NCBI GenBank assembly: GCA_964473255.1
Contig: CAYYOT010000004.1
Coordinates: 68,897 to 132,896, forward strand
DNA from: an uncultured Myxococcales bacterium
GTDB lineage: Bacteria > Myxococcota > Kuafuiibacteriia > Kuafuiibacteriales > Kuafuiibacteriaceae
Length of the DNA stretch: 64,000 nucleotides
Reading direction: 5' to 3'
The notes below the pieces were generated by a model. That model worked only from the letters and a program-made list of their open reading frames with translations, searched no databases and was not told the DNA's origin. The translations under genes were made by a program, and so were the position numbers. This document shows, piece after piece, positions 18,255 to 26,844 of this stretch. How positions within the stretch are numbered: position 1 is the first letter of the stretch; each line of letters starts with the position of its first letter.

Positions 18255-21055
18255 GGCTGCACCTCCGCCACCGAGTCCGGCGGAGCTTCCGACCGGTCAG
18301 GGATCTCGAGCAAGGGACCCTGCTGCGCCGGGGGGGCCAGCGGGACGGGCACGTCGACCGCAGCCGGTCGCTCGATCAAGGTGGGGATCGCACCCTGCTC
18401 CTCGAGCGCCTCCATGCATCGGGTCGAGTCTCGGGTGAACAGGCCGAGCTCCCGCGATTTCTGCGCGCAAGCCCGGTAGGCCTCGAGCCCGGCCTCCTGC
18501 GCCGGCGCGGCCATGGTCTGAATCTCGTCTTTGAACACGAAGCAGGCGTCCTCGTTGAGCCCCCGCGGGCAGGGAACCGACGTGAGCGCGGCAACGAAGT
18601 CCGTCCAGATACCGGCGATGCGATTGAGGGCGGCCAGCGTGCTGTCGGCCTGCTGGTACCGAGTGACGATGCGAGTGTAGCTCTGGATCAGCTCGTCCCG
18701 CGCCTTCGACTTCGCCGCAACGGATTTTTGAAAGGGCTTGGGGTTCCGAAGATTGGGACGGACGATCCTGGTCTTGATGAACCGCTGATACGGCTGTTCG
18801 AGATCTTCGAGCGCATACAGAGCCACCCACTTACGACCCGCCTCGGGCACCTTGTCGCGGCCCGCCGCGCGGTAGCGGCGCTCCAACTCCCGGCGCAGCT
18901 TTGCTGCCGTCGACGTCTGCCGGAGCTTGCTTCGCAGGGCCGCTTCCCGACCGAGCGCATCCCAGAAACGAGAATCCTTGGGAAACTGTTTTCGGAACGA
19001 CGCGTAGCGTTCCGCGGCTTCTCTGATACGGTCGCCACGCTCGAGGTCGACGGCGACCGTCCAGTAGAGGTCGGCCGTCTCGCCGGTCTTCGATCGACCG
19101 TACCGTTCGATGTAGTTGAGCCGCACTTCGGCCGCCGTCTTCACCCGGTTGACGCCGGCGTAGAAGACCGAAGCATTGTACATCGCGTCCTGCGCGCGCT
19201 CGTCCTCCGGGTAGTTTCGAGCGAAGGCGAGGAACGCGTCGGCAGCCAGGAGGAACTCGGTCCTCTCCTCGTGTTGTCGAGCGACGTAGTGAGCGACGTC
19301 GGCGCGGAGCGGCGAGTCCTCGAACTCGACGAGCAGCCGTTGGCGCAAGGCGCGGGCTCGCTCCTTTTGCCCAGCGCGGTCCCAGGCGAGCGAAGCGTTG
19401 AATAGCGCCTTGTCCGCATTGGGGCTGCGAGGATACTCGGCGTAGAAATCCTCGTAAGCTTGCGCGACCTGACGATCGGTGGCGGACCCGGCTGCAGCCT
19501 GTGCCTCCAGCGCCTGAACCAGCTTGAACTTCGCGAACTGGCCGAACCGAGCCAAATCCTTCGCTAGTCCGGGCCGACCGCGAACCAGCGCTTCGTTCGC
19601 ACGATAGGCGGAAGCCGTCGCATAGAGCGCGCCCCAGTCTTCGCGCAAATTGTGGATGTCCACCACGAGGTTCGCCGAGTATTCGGCCTGCTCGCTTCGT
19701 GGAGCTTCGTTCACGATCGACTCGAATCGCGGAAGCGCTTCGTCGAAGTGATTGTAGTCGTAGAGTATCTTGGCGGCGCGAAATCGAACCTTCTCCCGCT
19801 GCTCCGCCTTGTCCTCGGGGACGAACTGCACATACATCTGGCAGGCGTCGATGAGCCGCAGCATTTGTGGATGGATCTCGACGGGCTCGGTCCCCCCCTT
19901 GGGCGTTTCGATGTCGAGGTCGCGAAGATGCTCCTCGATGGCCAGGATCCGATCGTTGGCCGCGTCGACAACGTGCTTCCCTTCCGGCTCGGCCAAAACG
20001 GTCATTCGGTAAGCGTTCGCCGCTTCGTCGAAACGCTCCAGCTTGTAATAGAGGTCGGCGAGCTGAAAGCGCATCTCGTACGAGGACTCAGCGTCGTCGA
20101 AGACGGCCAGGTAGTCCTCGTACATGGTGAGCGCATGAGCGAACGTGCTCTTGGTCTTCGTCTTTCGAGCCTCTGCGTTCCAGACCTGGGCCAGACGACG
20201 AATCGTAGACTGGGCGAGGAGCTGAGCACTCTCGAAGGCGTCGGCCGCCTCCGGCGACTCCCCGGCCAACGCCTCGAGCTTCTGGTAGCTAGCCACCAGC
20301 TTCTTGCTCTCGGCGACGGTCGCCTTCTTGCTGCCCAGACGAGAGACGAGGTCGACGATGCGCGCCTGACGGTAGGTATTGCGCAGGTCGTCGGGGCGTC
20401 CCGCGATCAGCGTTCGGTAGAGTGCGGCAGACTCGGCGAAGTAGCCGCTCTCGAACCACAGACCGGCCAGCTGGTCGAGCAGCTTCCGACAGCGGTCGCT
20501 CGTGCAGTCATTCTCGCTGAGCAGGTCGGCGAACTCGAGCGGAGCGCGCCGCGGATTACCGACGTGCGCGTAGGTTCGCACGAAGTCCTTCTGCGCTTCC
20601 CGCCCTAGCGCGATCTTGTTCTCGCCGCTGAGCTCACTCGCCAGCTGCGAGTAGAAGACGGTCGCCTTGAACTTCTCCAAAGCCTTTTCCCATTCAGATA
20701 GATTGAAGTAGCACCAGCCCTGTTTGTAGAGCGCGAAGCCGTACACTCGGGAGCGACGATCCTTGGCTGCCTTCTGATAGCTGCGGAGCGCTCGATTGAC
20801 GTCGTTGTTCTCGAAATAGAACTCGCCAAAACCGAGCCAGGCGTCGGACACCAAAGGGCTCTCCGGATACACGCGGATCAGGTCCGCATACACGTCGATC
20901 GCCTCCTGATACTGCTCCTGACTCCAATAGGCTTGGGCCAGAGCGAACAGGACCTCGGGCATGCGCGTATAGCCGGGATAGACCTCCCGAAGCTCGCGAT
21001 ACATGGCCATCGCCGACTGAAGCCACTCTTGGTTTGCTCGCTCGGCGGCCTTCAT
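18251..21055 (-). CDS. Large periplasmic TPR protein, main body (GltD/AgmU/NfsD-like); no signal peptide of its own
   Basis: 934 aa of TPR-like repeats throughout (YWSQEQYQEAIDVYADLIRVYPES..., WCYFNLSEWEKALEKFK...). It lies in the same reading frame as ORF 21074..21430, which carries the signal peptide and the first TPR helices. Confidence 0.6.
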   Translation of the reverse strand: MKAAERANQEWLQSAMAMYRELREVYPGYTRMPEVLFALAQAYWSQEQYQEAIDVYADLIRVYPESPLVSDAWLGFGEFYFENNDVNRALRSYQKAAKDRRSRVYGFALYKQGWCYFNLSEWEKALEKFKATVFYSQLASELSGENKIALGREAQKDFVRTYAHVGNPRRAPLEFADLLSENDCTSDRCRKLLDQLAGLWFESGYFAESAALYRTLIAGRPDDLRNTYRQARIVDLVSRLGSKKATVAESKKLVASYQKLEALAGESPEAADAFESAQLLAQSTIRRLAQVWNAEARKTKTKSTFAHALTMYEDYLAVFDDAESSYEMRFQLADLYYKLERFDEAANAYRMTVLAEPEGKHVVDAANDRILAIEEHLRDLDIETPKGGTEPVEIHPQMLRLIDACQMYVQFVPEDKAEQREKVRFRAAKILYDYNHFDEALPRFESIVNEAPRSEQAEYSANLVVDIHNLREDWGALYATASAYRANEALVRGRPGLAKDLARFGQFAKFKLVQALEAQAAAGSATDRQVAQAYEDFYAEYPRSPNADKALFNASLAWDRAGQKERARALRQRLLVEFEDSPLRADVAHYVARQHEERTEFLLAADAFLAFARNYPEDERAQDAMYNASVFYAGVNRVKTAAEVRLNYIERYGRSKTGETADLYWTVAVDLERGDRIREAAERYASFRKQFPKDSRFWDALGREAALRSKLRQTSTAAKLRRELERRYRAAGRDKVPEAGRKWVALYALEDLEQPYQRFIKTRIVRPNLRNPKPFQKSVAAKSKARDELIQSYTRIVTRYQQADSTLAALNRIAGIWTDFVAALTSVPCPRGLNEDACFVFKDEIQTMAAPAQEAGLEAYRACAQKSRELGLFTRDSTRCMEALEEQGAIPTLIERPAAVDVPVPLAPPAQQGPLLEIPDRSEAPPDSVAEVQP

Positions 21056-21073
21056 CTCCTCGGTCGCTCGCGC

Positions 21074-21430
21074 CTACCCGGCTTCGTCTTCGGCGGCCAC
21101 CCGGCGCTCGTCAGCCTCCTGAGCGCGAAAGAAGTAGAACCCGGCCTTTTCGTAATAGAGCTCACCGAGTCGAAACTTGATATCGGGAATCTCGGCCTCG
21201 TCGGCGCCAAGTTCGAGGAGTCGCAGCAGACCCGCGATCTGGTCGTCCCGCTTGGCCGCAGCCTGAAGTTCGACGCCCTTTCGAAACCGATCGTACGACA
21301 GCGTCGGCGCCGAGGTGTCATCCTTGATCTTCTTGGGTCGGACTCGCGTCTTGCCCTCGGCGATCGCGCCCCCGAGCAGCAGGAGCGATACGGCCCAGGT
21401 TCCGGCCCGGCGGCGGCGGCGGCATCGCAT
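21074..21430 (-). pseudogene. N-terminal signal-peptide fragment of the GltD-like TPR protein, separated from the main body by an apparent in-frame stop (or a 1-nt frameshift)
   Basis: 118 aa: MRCRRRRRAGTWAVSLLLLGGAIAEG... ending ...YYEKAGFYFFRAQEADERRVAAEDEAG*. By track coordinates it is in the same frame as 18251..21055 and separated by only 6 codons. The (GGC)7 tract at 21400-21421 encodes the poly-Arg. Confidence 0.5.
21400..21421. repeat. (GGC)7 trinucleotide tract
   Basis: ccggcggcggcggcggcggcgg on the plus strand. It encodes the RRRRR run in the N-terminus of the GltD-like fragment (minus strand). Confidence 0.7.
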
Positions 21431-21431
21431 G

Positions 21432-23318
21432 TCAGCGGCAGGAGCGGGCGAGCGTCAGCTCATACGTGCCGAGCTCGTCGCGCCAGTACTCCCCTTCAAA
21501 GGGCCAAACCAGCTTCTCGTCATCGGTCCACGCTACGTAGGTTCGTTCGGTCTGCTTGGGCCTGGACTGAACGGCGCGAAGCTGGGACTCGATCCGCTCC
21601 TGCTCGGAGCGCGCCGTCTCGATGTCGATTCGAACCGCTTGCTGGATCAGAGACCGAATGTTTTCCCGCTCCTGGATTAGGCGGCGCTCCACGGCGAGAC
21701 CCGCTTCGGCAGAAAGTCCATCGAGTTTCCGAGTGAGCGCAGCGTCCAGTTCGCCGGCGAGCCGCGTATCGAACCCCAAGTCGGGGATCCGAGACCGCTC
21801 GGAGAGTACTTCGTCGCGAGAACGGTCCAGGCGAGCCAAGTCGGGGTCGGCCAGCGCAAGCTCGAGAATTCTGCTCAAGAGCACGGGGTCACCGCTCTCG
21901 GCCTCCATCAGGTCGTCGTTCTTCAGTCCGTCGAGGATGGAGAGGTATTGTTCGGAGGTTTCGTTGTCTTGCGTCAAACGGCGGAGCTCCTCCAAAAGCG
22001 GTTCGTAGCGCTGCATGAACGCCGCCAGTATGGCCTTGGCCTCGGCATAGCGGCAGTTCTCATAGTAGATGACCGCCTCCAGAACACGAGATTCGGGAAA
22101 ATACGAGTCGGCGAAAAACGGGGCATGGAGCGTCAGGAGGTTGCCCAGCGCCTTCTCGTAGTTGCCCAAGCGGAACTGTGCCCAGCTCTCTTCAAAGAGC
22201 GCCGCCAGCCAGTCCGCCGAGTCCCGACTGACCTTGTTGTAGTAGAAGATCGAGAACGTGGGCTGTGAGGCCCCAAAGTGGGTTCGCGCCAGCTGGAAAA
22301 AGGCGAGCTCTCGGAGTCGGGCATTCGGATGGGGCTGGTCGGGCCGCGTGAGGCGTACCACGTCCTTGAAGGCCTTCAGCGCCTCGTTCTCTTTGCGGTC
22401 GTGAAACAGAACCACCGCTTCGATGAACTTCGCTCGACCGCCGTACTCTGAGTCGGGGTTCACGCGCAGGGCATACTCGCGGGCCTGCTGGAGGTGAGAG
22501 GAGACGGTGAAGGCACCCGAGGGCGGAGTAGCCCCGAAGACGTCGACTTCCAGCTCGATGCCCCCCTCTTCCTTTCCCGCACCGGTCGCGTCGCCGGAAC
22601 CGAACAGGTCCGTACCCACTGAAATCCCGTCGGACCCGGACTTCGTCTCGTTACCGGTGGTGGTTTCACCGGTTCCGAACAAGTCGCCTCCGACGGAGAT
22701 CCCGCCGCCACTGCTCTTCGAGGCGTCAGCGTCGTCGGACCCGAACAGGTCGCCGCTGACGCTGAGTCCCTCGCCCTTCTTCTGCGTGAGCATCGGGCGC
22801 TGAGCCTCGCGCTCCATGCGCAGTCCGGAATTTGCGTGGTACCGCGCGAGGCGGAACAGGAACTCGTCGCGGTACTCGGAGGGGAAATCGGTCGAGCCGA
22901 ACTTCACCAGAGTCTCGCTTACCGACGCGTCGTCGACCATCTTTCGGCCGATGAACAGACACCATTCGAGAGCCGCCTGGTAGTATCGACCGTCCGGCCC
23001 AAGTTCGAGCACCCGAGCGAAAGCATCGAGCGCGCCGTGATACAGCTCGAGCCGATACAGACTCTTGCCCAGCAGGTAAGTCGCCTCGTCCTGGAGCTCC
23101 GGTTCGGTCGCGGACGTTTCCTGTTCGAAGAAGAGTCCTGCCGCCTGCACGTACTCCCGTCGCTCCATGAGGGCCTTGCCTTGCTCGATGGCCGCGCGGG
23201 CCGGGTCGCCCTGCTCGGCGGCAACTTGCCCCAGGCCCGTCGAGCCGGCGTCGTCTTGGCCTGTCGCAGTCAGCGGGACGGCGACCAACACAGCTAGGAG
23301 TCGCATCGAAACCCTCAT
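21432..23318 (-). CDS. Secreted TPR protein with internal GDLFG/ISVG repeat block (GltC/NfsC-like)
   Basis: 628 aa with a signal peptide (MRLLAVLVAVPLTATG) and TPR-like helices. The central repeats read SGDLFGSDDA, ISVGGDLFGTG, ISVGTDLFGSG and VDVFGA. It is 1 nt from the downstream gene and 5 nt from the upstream outer-membrane gene. Confidence 0.55.
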   Translation of the reverse strand: MRVSMRLLAVLVAVPLTATGQDDAGSTGLGQVAAEQGDPARAAIEQGKALMERREYVQAAGLFFEQETSATEPELQDEATYLLGKSLYRLELYHGALDAFARVLELGPDGRYYQAALEWCLFIGRKMVDDASVSETLVKFGSTDFPSEYRDEFLFRLARYHANSGLRMEREAQRPMLTQKKGEGLSVSGDLFGSDDADASKSSGGGISVGGDLFGTGETTTGNETKSGSDGISVGTDLFGSGDATGAGKEEGGIELEVDVFGATPPSGAFTVSSHLQQAREYALRVNPDSEYGGRAKFIEAVVLFHDRKENEALKAFKDVVRLTRPDQPHPNARLRELAFFQLARTHFGASQPTFSIFYYNKVSRDSADWLAALFEESWAQFRLGNYEKALGNLLTLHAPFFADSYFPESRVLEAVIYYENCRYAEAKAILAAFMQRYEPLLEELRRLTQDNETSEQYLSILDGLKNDDLMEAESGDPVLLSRILELALADPDLARLDRSRDEVLSERSRIPDLGFDTRLAGELDAALTRKLDGLSAEAGLAVERRLIQERENIRSLIQQAVRIDIETARSEQERIESQLRAVQSRPKQTERTYVAWTDDEKLVWPFEGEYWRDELGTYELTLARSCR

Positions 23319-23322
23319 CGCA

Positions 23323-24090
23323 TCACTCGTAGTCGTACTCGAATTTGGGAGGCAGGAAGAACGAAACCATCAAACCGAAGAAGCCCGGAGTTCGAAGCTC
23401 CGAGTCTCCGTTGCGCTCCTCCACGAAGAAGTAGTTTCGATACTCGATACGGACGGCTAGCCACTTCAGGGCGAAGAAGCGCATGCCAATGCCGAGGTTA
23501 CCCGCGCCGTGAAGTCCGACGTCCGTACCCACGAGACCACCTCCGGCCGCGATGTAGGTGTCGAAGTGAAGAATGGCATCACCGAACAGTGACATCTTTC
23601 CGTAGATCGGTGCCCACAAGAGGTCGAAGTCGACCAGGTAGTCGAGCTCGTACTGTTCGGTCAGCAGTGCGTCGGTCTCCTCCCGCACGAAACGGACGAC
23701 ATCTGTTTCCTCTTGAACGACCACACCCACGCCGCGGGCCTCGAGCGCGAGACCGTCGGTGATGTGGTACGCGAGCGAGCCGCCCAGCGTCAGCTGACGG
23801 AAGAATGCGTCGTTGAGATTCAGCCCCACGAATGGAGTGACGTCGAATCGGCGACGCTTCAGAAACACCTTCTGTTGCACGGATTTGATGCGATCCGACA
23901 GCTTTTGCTCGTCCTCTTCGGCAGCCTCTTTGGTGACTTCTTCTTCCGCCGAAGTCTCGTCGTCAGACACTTGGGCTCGCGTCTCGGACGGCCACGGCCC
24001 CGAGAGGAGGAAAAACAAGGCCAGGCCGGCCCGGGCAAAGTGTCGACTCATGAGCTGACGCGGGGATGCTACGCCCATCCCGGAACCCAC
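23323..24090 (-). CDS. Outer-membrane beta-barrel protein (GltA/GltB/NfsA/B-like; OmpA-like barrel size)
   Basis: 255 aa with a signal peptide, alternating amphipathic beta-strands (LNLNDAFFRQLTLGGSLAYHITDGLALEARGVGVV...) and an aromatic C-terminal region. It is the first gene of the operon. Confidence 0.55.
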   Translation of the reverse strand: MGSGMGVASPRQLMSRHFARAGLALFFLLSGPWPSETRAQVSDDETSAEEEVTKEAAEEDEQKLSDRIKSVQQKVFLKRRRFDVTPFVGLNLNDAFFRQLTLGGSLAYHITDGLALEARGVGVVVQEETDVVRFVREETDALLTEQYELDYLVDFDLLWAPIYGKMSLFGDAILHFDTYIAAGGGLVGTDVGLHGAGNLGIGMRFFALKWLAVRIEYRNYFFVEERNGDSELRTPGFFGLMVSFFLPPKFEYDYE

Positions 24091-24151
24091 TTCAAATCTT
24101 GTCCCATCGCAAGGGGCGGACCCTCGCTTAACTTAAGTCGGGAGCCGCTCC

Positions 24152-24538
24152 GTGCTACGTCGGAGTCTCATGAGAGCACTCCTTGCCCTCGGATGCGTGG
24201 CCTTCGCCTTTGCGGCCTGCTCGGAGTCGGACGTCGGCCGGTGCTGTGAGGTCTTGATCCAGAACGGCGAAGACCTGCTGCCCGTTTCCGAGGAGATCTC
24301 GCCGGGGAAGTTCATCAACGACGTCTCGCGCGACCCCGCATTCGACTGTGAGAGCCTGACGTGCGTGGCGTTCTTGGGATCCGAGGCCTACTGCACCGCG
24401 GCGTGCAGCAGCGACGAGGACTGCCCGGGAGGCTTCGTTTGCGTCTCGGTGCTGCAGAGCGACCCTCCGCCCGGAAGCTCGATCACCGCGGAGGACATGT
24501 TCTGCGTCCGGGACGAGTTTCGCGCGAGCTGCGATTAG
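24152..24538 (+). CDS. Small secreted Cys-rich protein (lipoprotein-like signal)
   Basis: 128 aa. Signal ALLALGCVAFAFAAC. There are 12 Cys, including CC, CxSLTC and CTAAC patterns. Confidence 0.45.
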   Translation: MLRRSLMRALLALGCVAFAFAACSESDVGRCCEVLIQNGEDLLPVSEEISPGKFINDVSRDPAFDCESLTCVAFLGSEAYCTAACSSDEDCPGGFVCVSVLQSDPPPGSSITAEDMFCVRDEFRASCD

Positions 24539-24564
24539 CGCAAGCCACGAAAACGCTTGGACAT

Positions 24565-24990
24565 TCAGCGCGGGGGGATCGTTCGAGCGACCTGGTCGCG
24601 AAGGTCGACGTTGCCCTTACCCGCAGCGCTGCACACGTCGGCCGGTCGACTGCATTCCATGTAGGAGCCGAGGAACATCTTGCAGCCCTGCGGGTCGAGG
24701 CGCGCCAAGATCCGGACCCCGATGGTCGCGGCCTCCACCCGGGCTTCGGCCTTTTGACCCTCGGCCTCCAAACGACACGCCGGACTGAAGGCCTGCAACC
24801 AGGCCTGCACAGCGAGCTCCTCTCCGTCGAGGTCCTCGGGTACCGATCCGTCGGGAGCCGCCCGGCGGTTCGTCGTCAGATAGCTTCGCACGGCCCGGCT
24901 CCAAGCCGACTGACAGTCCGCTTCGCTTCGCGCCTGGGCTACGCCCATGGACGAGATGAGGACCAACAGCGCGAGCCCCGACCGCAGCAT
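24565..24990 (-). CDS. Secreted hypothetical protein
   Basis: 141 aa with a signal peptide (LALLVLISSMGVAQA) and 6 Cys. Confidence 0.35.
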   Translation of the reverse strand: MLRSGLALLVLISSMGVAQARSEADCQSAWSRAVRSYLTTNRRAAPDGSVPEDLDGEELAVQAWLQAFSPACRLEAEGQKAEARVEAATIGVRILARLDPQGCKMFLGSYMECSRPADVCSAAGKGNVDLRDQVARTIPPR

Positions 24991-25055
24991 GAGCTACGTG
25001 TTACCCTTCATCGGAGAGGGCTTCAAGAAGTTGGCCCTTAGGCACAACGGGCTCA

Positions 25056-25973
25056 TCACGGTCCATCGACGGAGCGGACGGTGCCCAGCAGGTCTTTTTC
25101 GGGGACGAAGCCGAGTTCTCGGCGGGCCGCCGAGCCGTCGACGATACAGTGGTACTGGATATGCCGGAGCTCTGCCGTGGGAAAGCCGGTCATGCCGAGA
25201 CGAAAGCCCCCGGCCAAAAGTGACTTGGCGAGCGGCCCCGGGAGGCTTCGGGGTCGTCGCCCCAAGACCTCCAAGATACGTGAAAGTGGCGCCTCCCCCG
25301 GTCCTACGACGTTGAACACCCCGCGAGCGTCGGTCTGCACCGCGCGGACGAGAACGCGAACGACGTCCTCTTCGTGGATCAGCTGAACCATGGGATCGAA
25401 GCCCATGATCGTCCACGGACGCTCCAGCCGCAGGTAGAGTGTAGGGGCATTCCTTACGCGCGGTCCGACGATGTGAACCGGCCGGAGCAGGACGGTTCCG
25501 ATCTGTGGCTGTCGGTAGAAGAAGCTCTGGACGATGTTGTCGACGGCGACCAGGTCTCGCACGTCGGCATCGTGCTCGGCGCCGAGGAGCGGAGCGTCCT
25601 CGGTCAGAAACTGTGAGTTGTCGGGGTCCGGCCCATAGATGTTCGCGCTGGACAGCATCACGAATCGGCCGACTCCATAGCGAGCGGCCAGCTCGAGGAG
25701 CCGCTGTGTCCCGATCACGTTGTACCGATACTGTCGAACGCGATTCCGCGGGTCGTGCTTGATGCCCAGATGGACGACGGCATCGATTCGACGCTGACGG
25801 AAGACTTCCTCCATGGAGCGCCAGCGCAGGTCACCCTGAATATGGGTCACGTCCTTGGGTAGCCCGTGGATGCTCCGACGATCGACGGCGATCACGTCAT
25901 GGTCGCGGTGGAGTTGCTGGACCAGCAACCGGCCCAGGTTCCCGGCAGCTCCGGTCGTCAAGACGACGCTCAC
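25056..25973 (-). CDS. NAD-dependent epimerase/dehydratase (extended SDR) family protein
   Basis: The N-terminus is TGAAGNLGRLL (Rossmann). The SDR-like catalytic region (SSANIYGP) is present. 305 aa. Confidence 0.7.
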   Translation of the reverse strand: MSVVLTTGAAGNLGRLLVQQLHRDHDVIAVDRRSIHGLPKDVTHIQGDLRWRSMEEVFRQRRIDAVVHLGIKHDPRNRVRQYRYNVIGTQRLLELAARYGVGRFVMLSSANIYGPDPDNSQFLTEDAPLLGAEHDADVRDLVAVDNIVQSFFYRQPQIGTVLLRPVHIVGPRVRNAPTLYLRLERPWTIMGFDPMVQLIHEEDVVRVLVRAVQTDARGVFNVVGPGEAPLSRILEVLGRRPRSLPGPLAKSLLAGGFRLGMTGFPTAELRHIQYHCIVDGSAARRELGFVPEKDLLGTVRSVDGP

Positions 25974-26812
25974 CGGAAGATCCCCTGGCGCTCGACGAGT
26001 CCGCGGTCGAGAAGGCTCGCGATCCGGTCGCGGACCACGTCGATCTTCGTACGGATCACCTGGTCGTCTTCGTTGCCCTCACCCTCGAACCGAAGCGGCT
26101 CCCCGAAGTAGATGCGGTACCGCGTGGGCAGCGGCAACAAGCCGAGCGGGCCGAACCAGGGGAACGTGGGGGTAATCGGAAACGCGGGTGCCCCCACCAT
26201 CCGGCCGATCCCCTCGAGGTTGGCGAGACTGGGGGCCTGCTCCTCGGCCCCCACCACCGCGACGGGAACGATGGGTGCGCCAGCCTGAAGCGCGAGGCGC
26301 ATGAATCCCGACCCGAATCGAGCCAGCTGGTAGCGCCTCGAGAAGGGCTTCGATAGGCCCCGGACGCCCTCGGGAAAGACGAGGATGGCCTCCTCGTTAC
26401 GCAGGAGGCGCAGGCAGTTCTCGGGCGTCCCCACGACTTGGCCAAGCCGCGCCATGAGAACCGAAACGAAGGGCAGCCGCGGGACCCAGCGCTCGATCAT
26501 GGAGCGCGGGACCCGCGGCGGGTCGCGCTCCATGAGCATGGCGCCGGCGATCATCAGTCCGTCGAAGGGGAGCTGGCCCGAATGGTTCGAGCAGAGCAGA
26601 ACCCGCCCCTCGGGGACGTTCTCGATCCCTTCGGTGAGCACGCGAAAGTACCGCGTGTAGAGCCAACCCACCCAGCGGGCGGCCCTGCGGATCGCCTCCG
26701 GGTCGTAGCCGAAGGGATCCACGCCGAACGGTCCCACGTCGGTCGAGAGCTTTCGCAGGCGACCGATCGCTTCCTCTACGTCCACCGGGGGCGAGCGGTC
26801 CTTGGCAGCCAT
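25970..26812 (-). CDS. Lysophospholipid (1-acyl-sn-glycerol-3-phosphate) acyltransferase, PlsC family
   Basis: The NHSGQLPFD motif (HX4D), the FPEG motif (LVFPEGVRG) and the PIVPVAVVG block are present. 280 aa. Its stop overlaps the epimerase start. Confidence 0.7.
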   Translation of the reverse strand: MAAKDRSPPVDVEEAIGRLRKLSTDVGPFGVDPFGYDPEAIRRAARWVGWLYTRYFRVLTEGIENVPEGRVLLCSNHSGQLPFDGLMIAGAMLMERDPPRVPRSMIERWVPRLPFVSVLMARLGQVVGTPENCLRLLRNEEAILVFPEGVRGLSKPFSRRYQLARFGSGFMRLALQAGAPIVPVAVVGAEEQAPSLANLEGIGRMVGAPAFPITPTFPWFGPLGLLPLPTRYRIYFGEPLRFEGEGNEDDQVIRTKIDVVRDRIASLLDRGLVERQGIFR

Positions 26813-26844
26813 GGACGAGGACTGTAATCGCGACCGAGGCCGGT

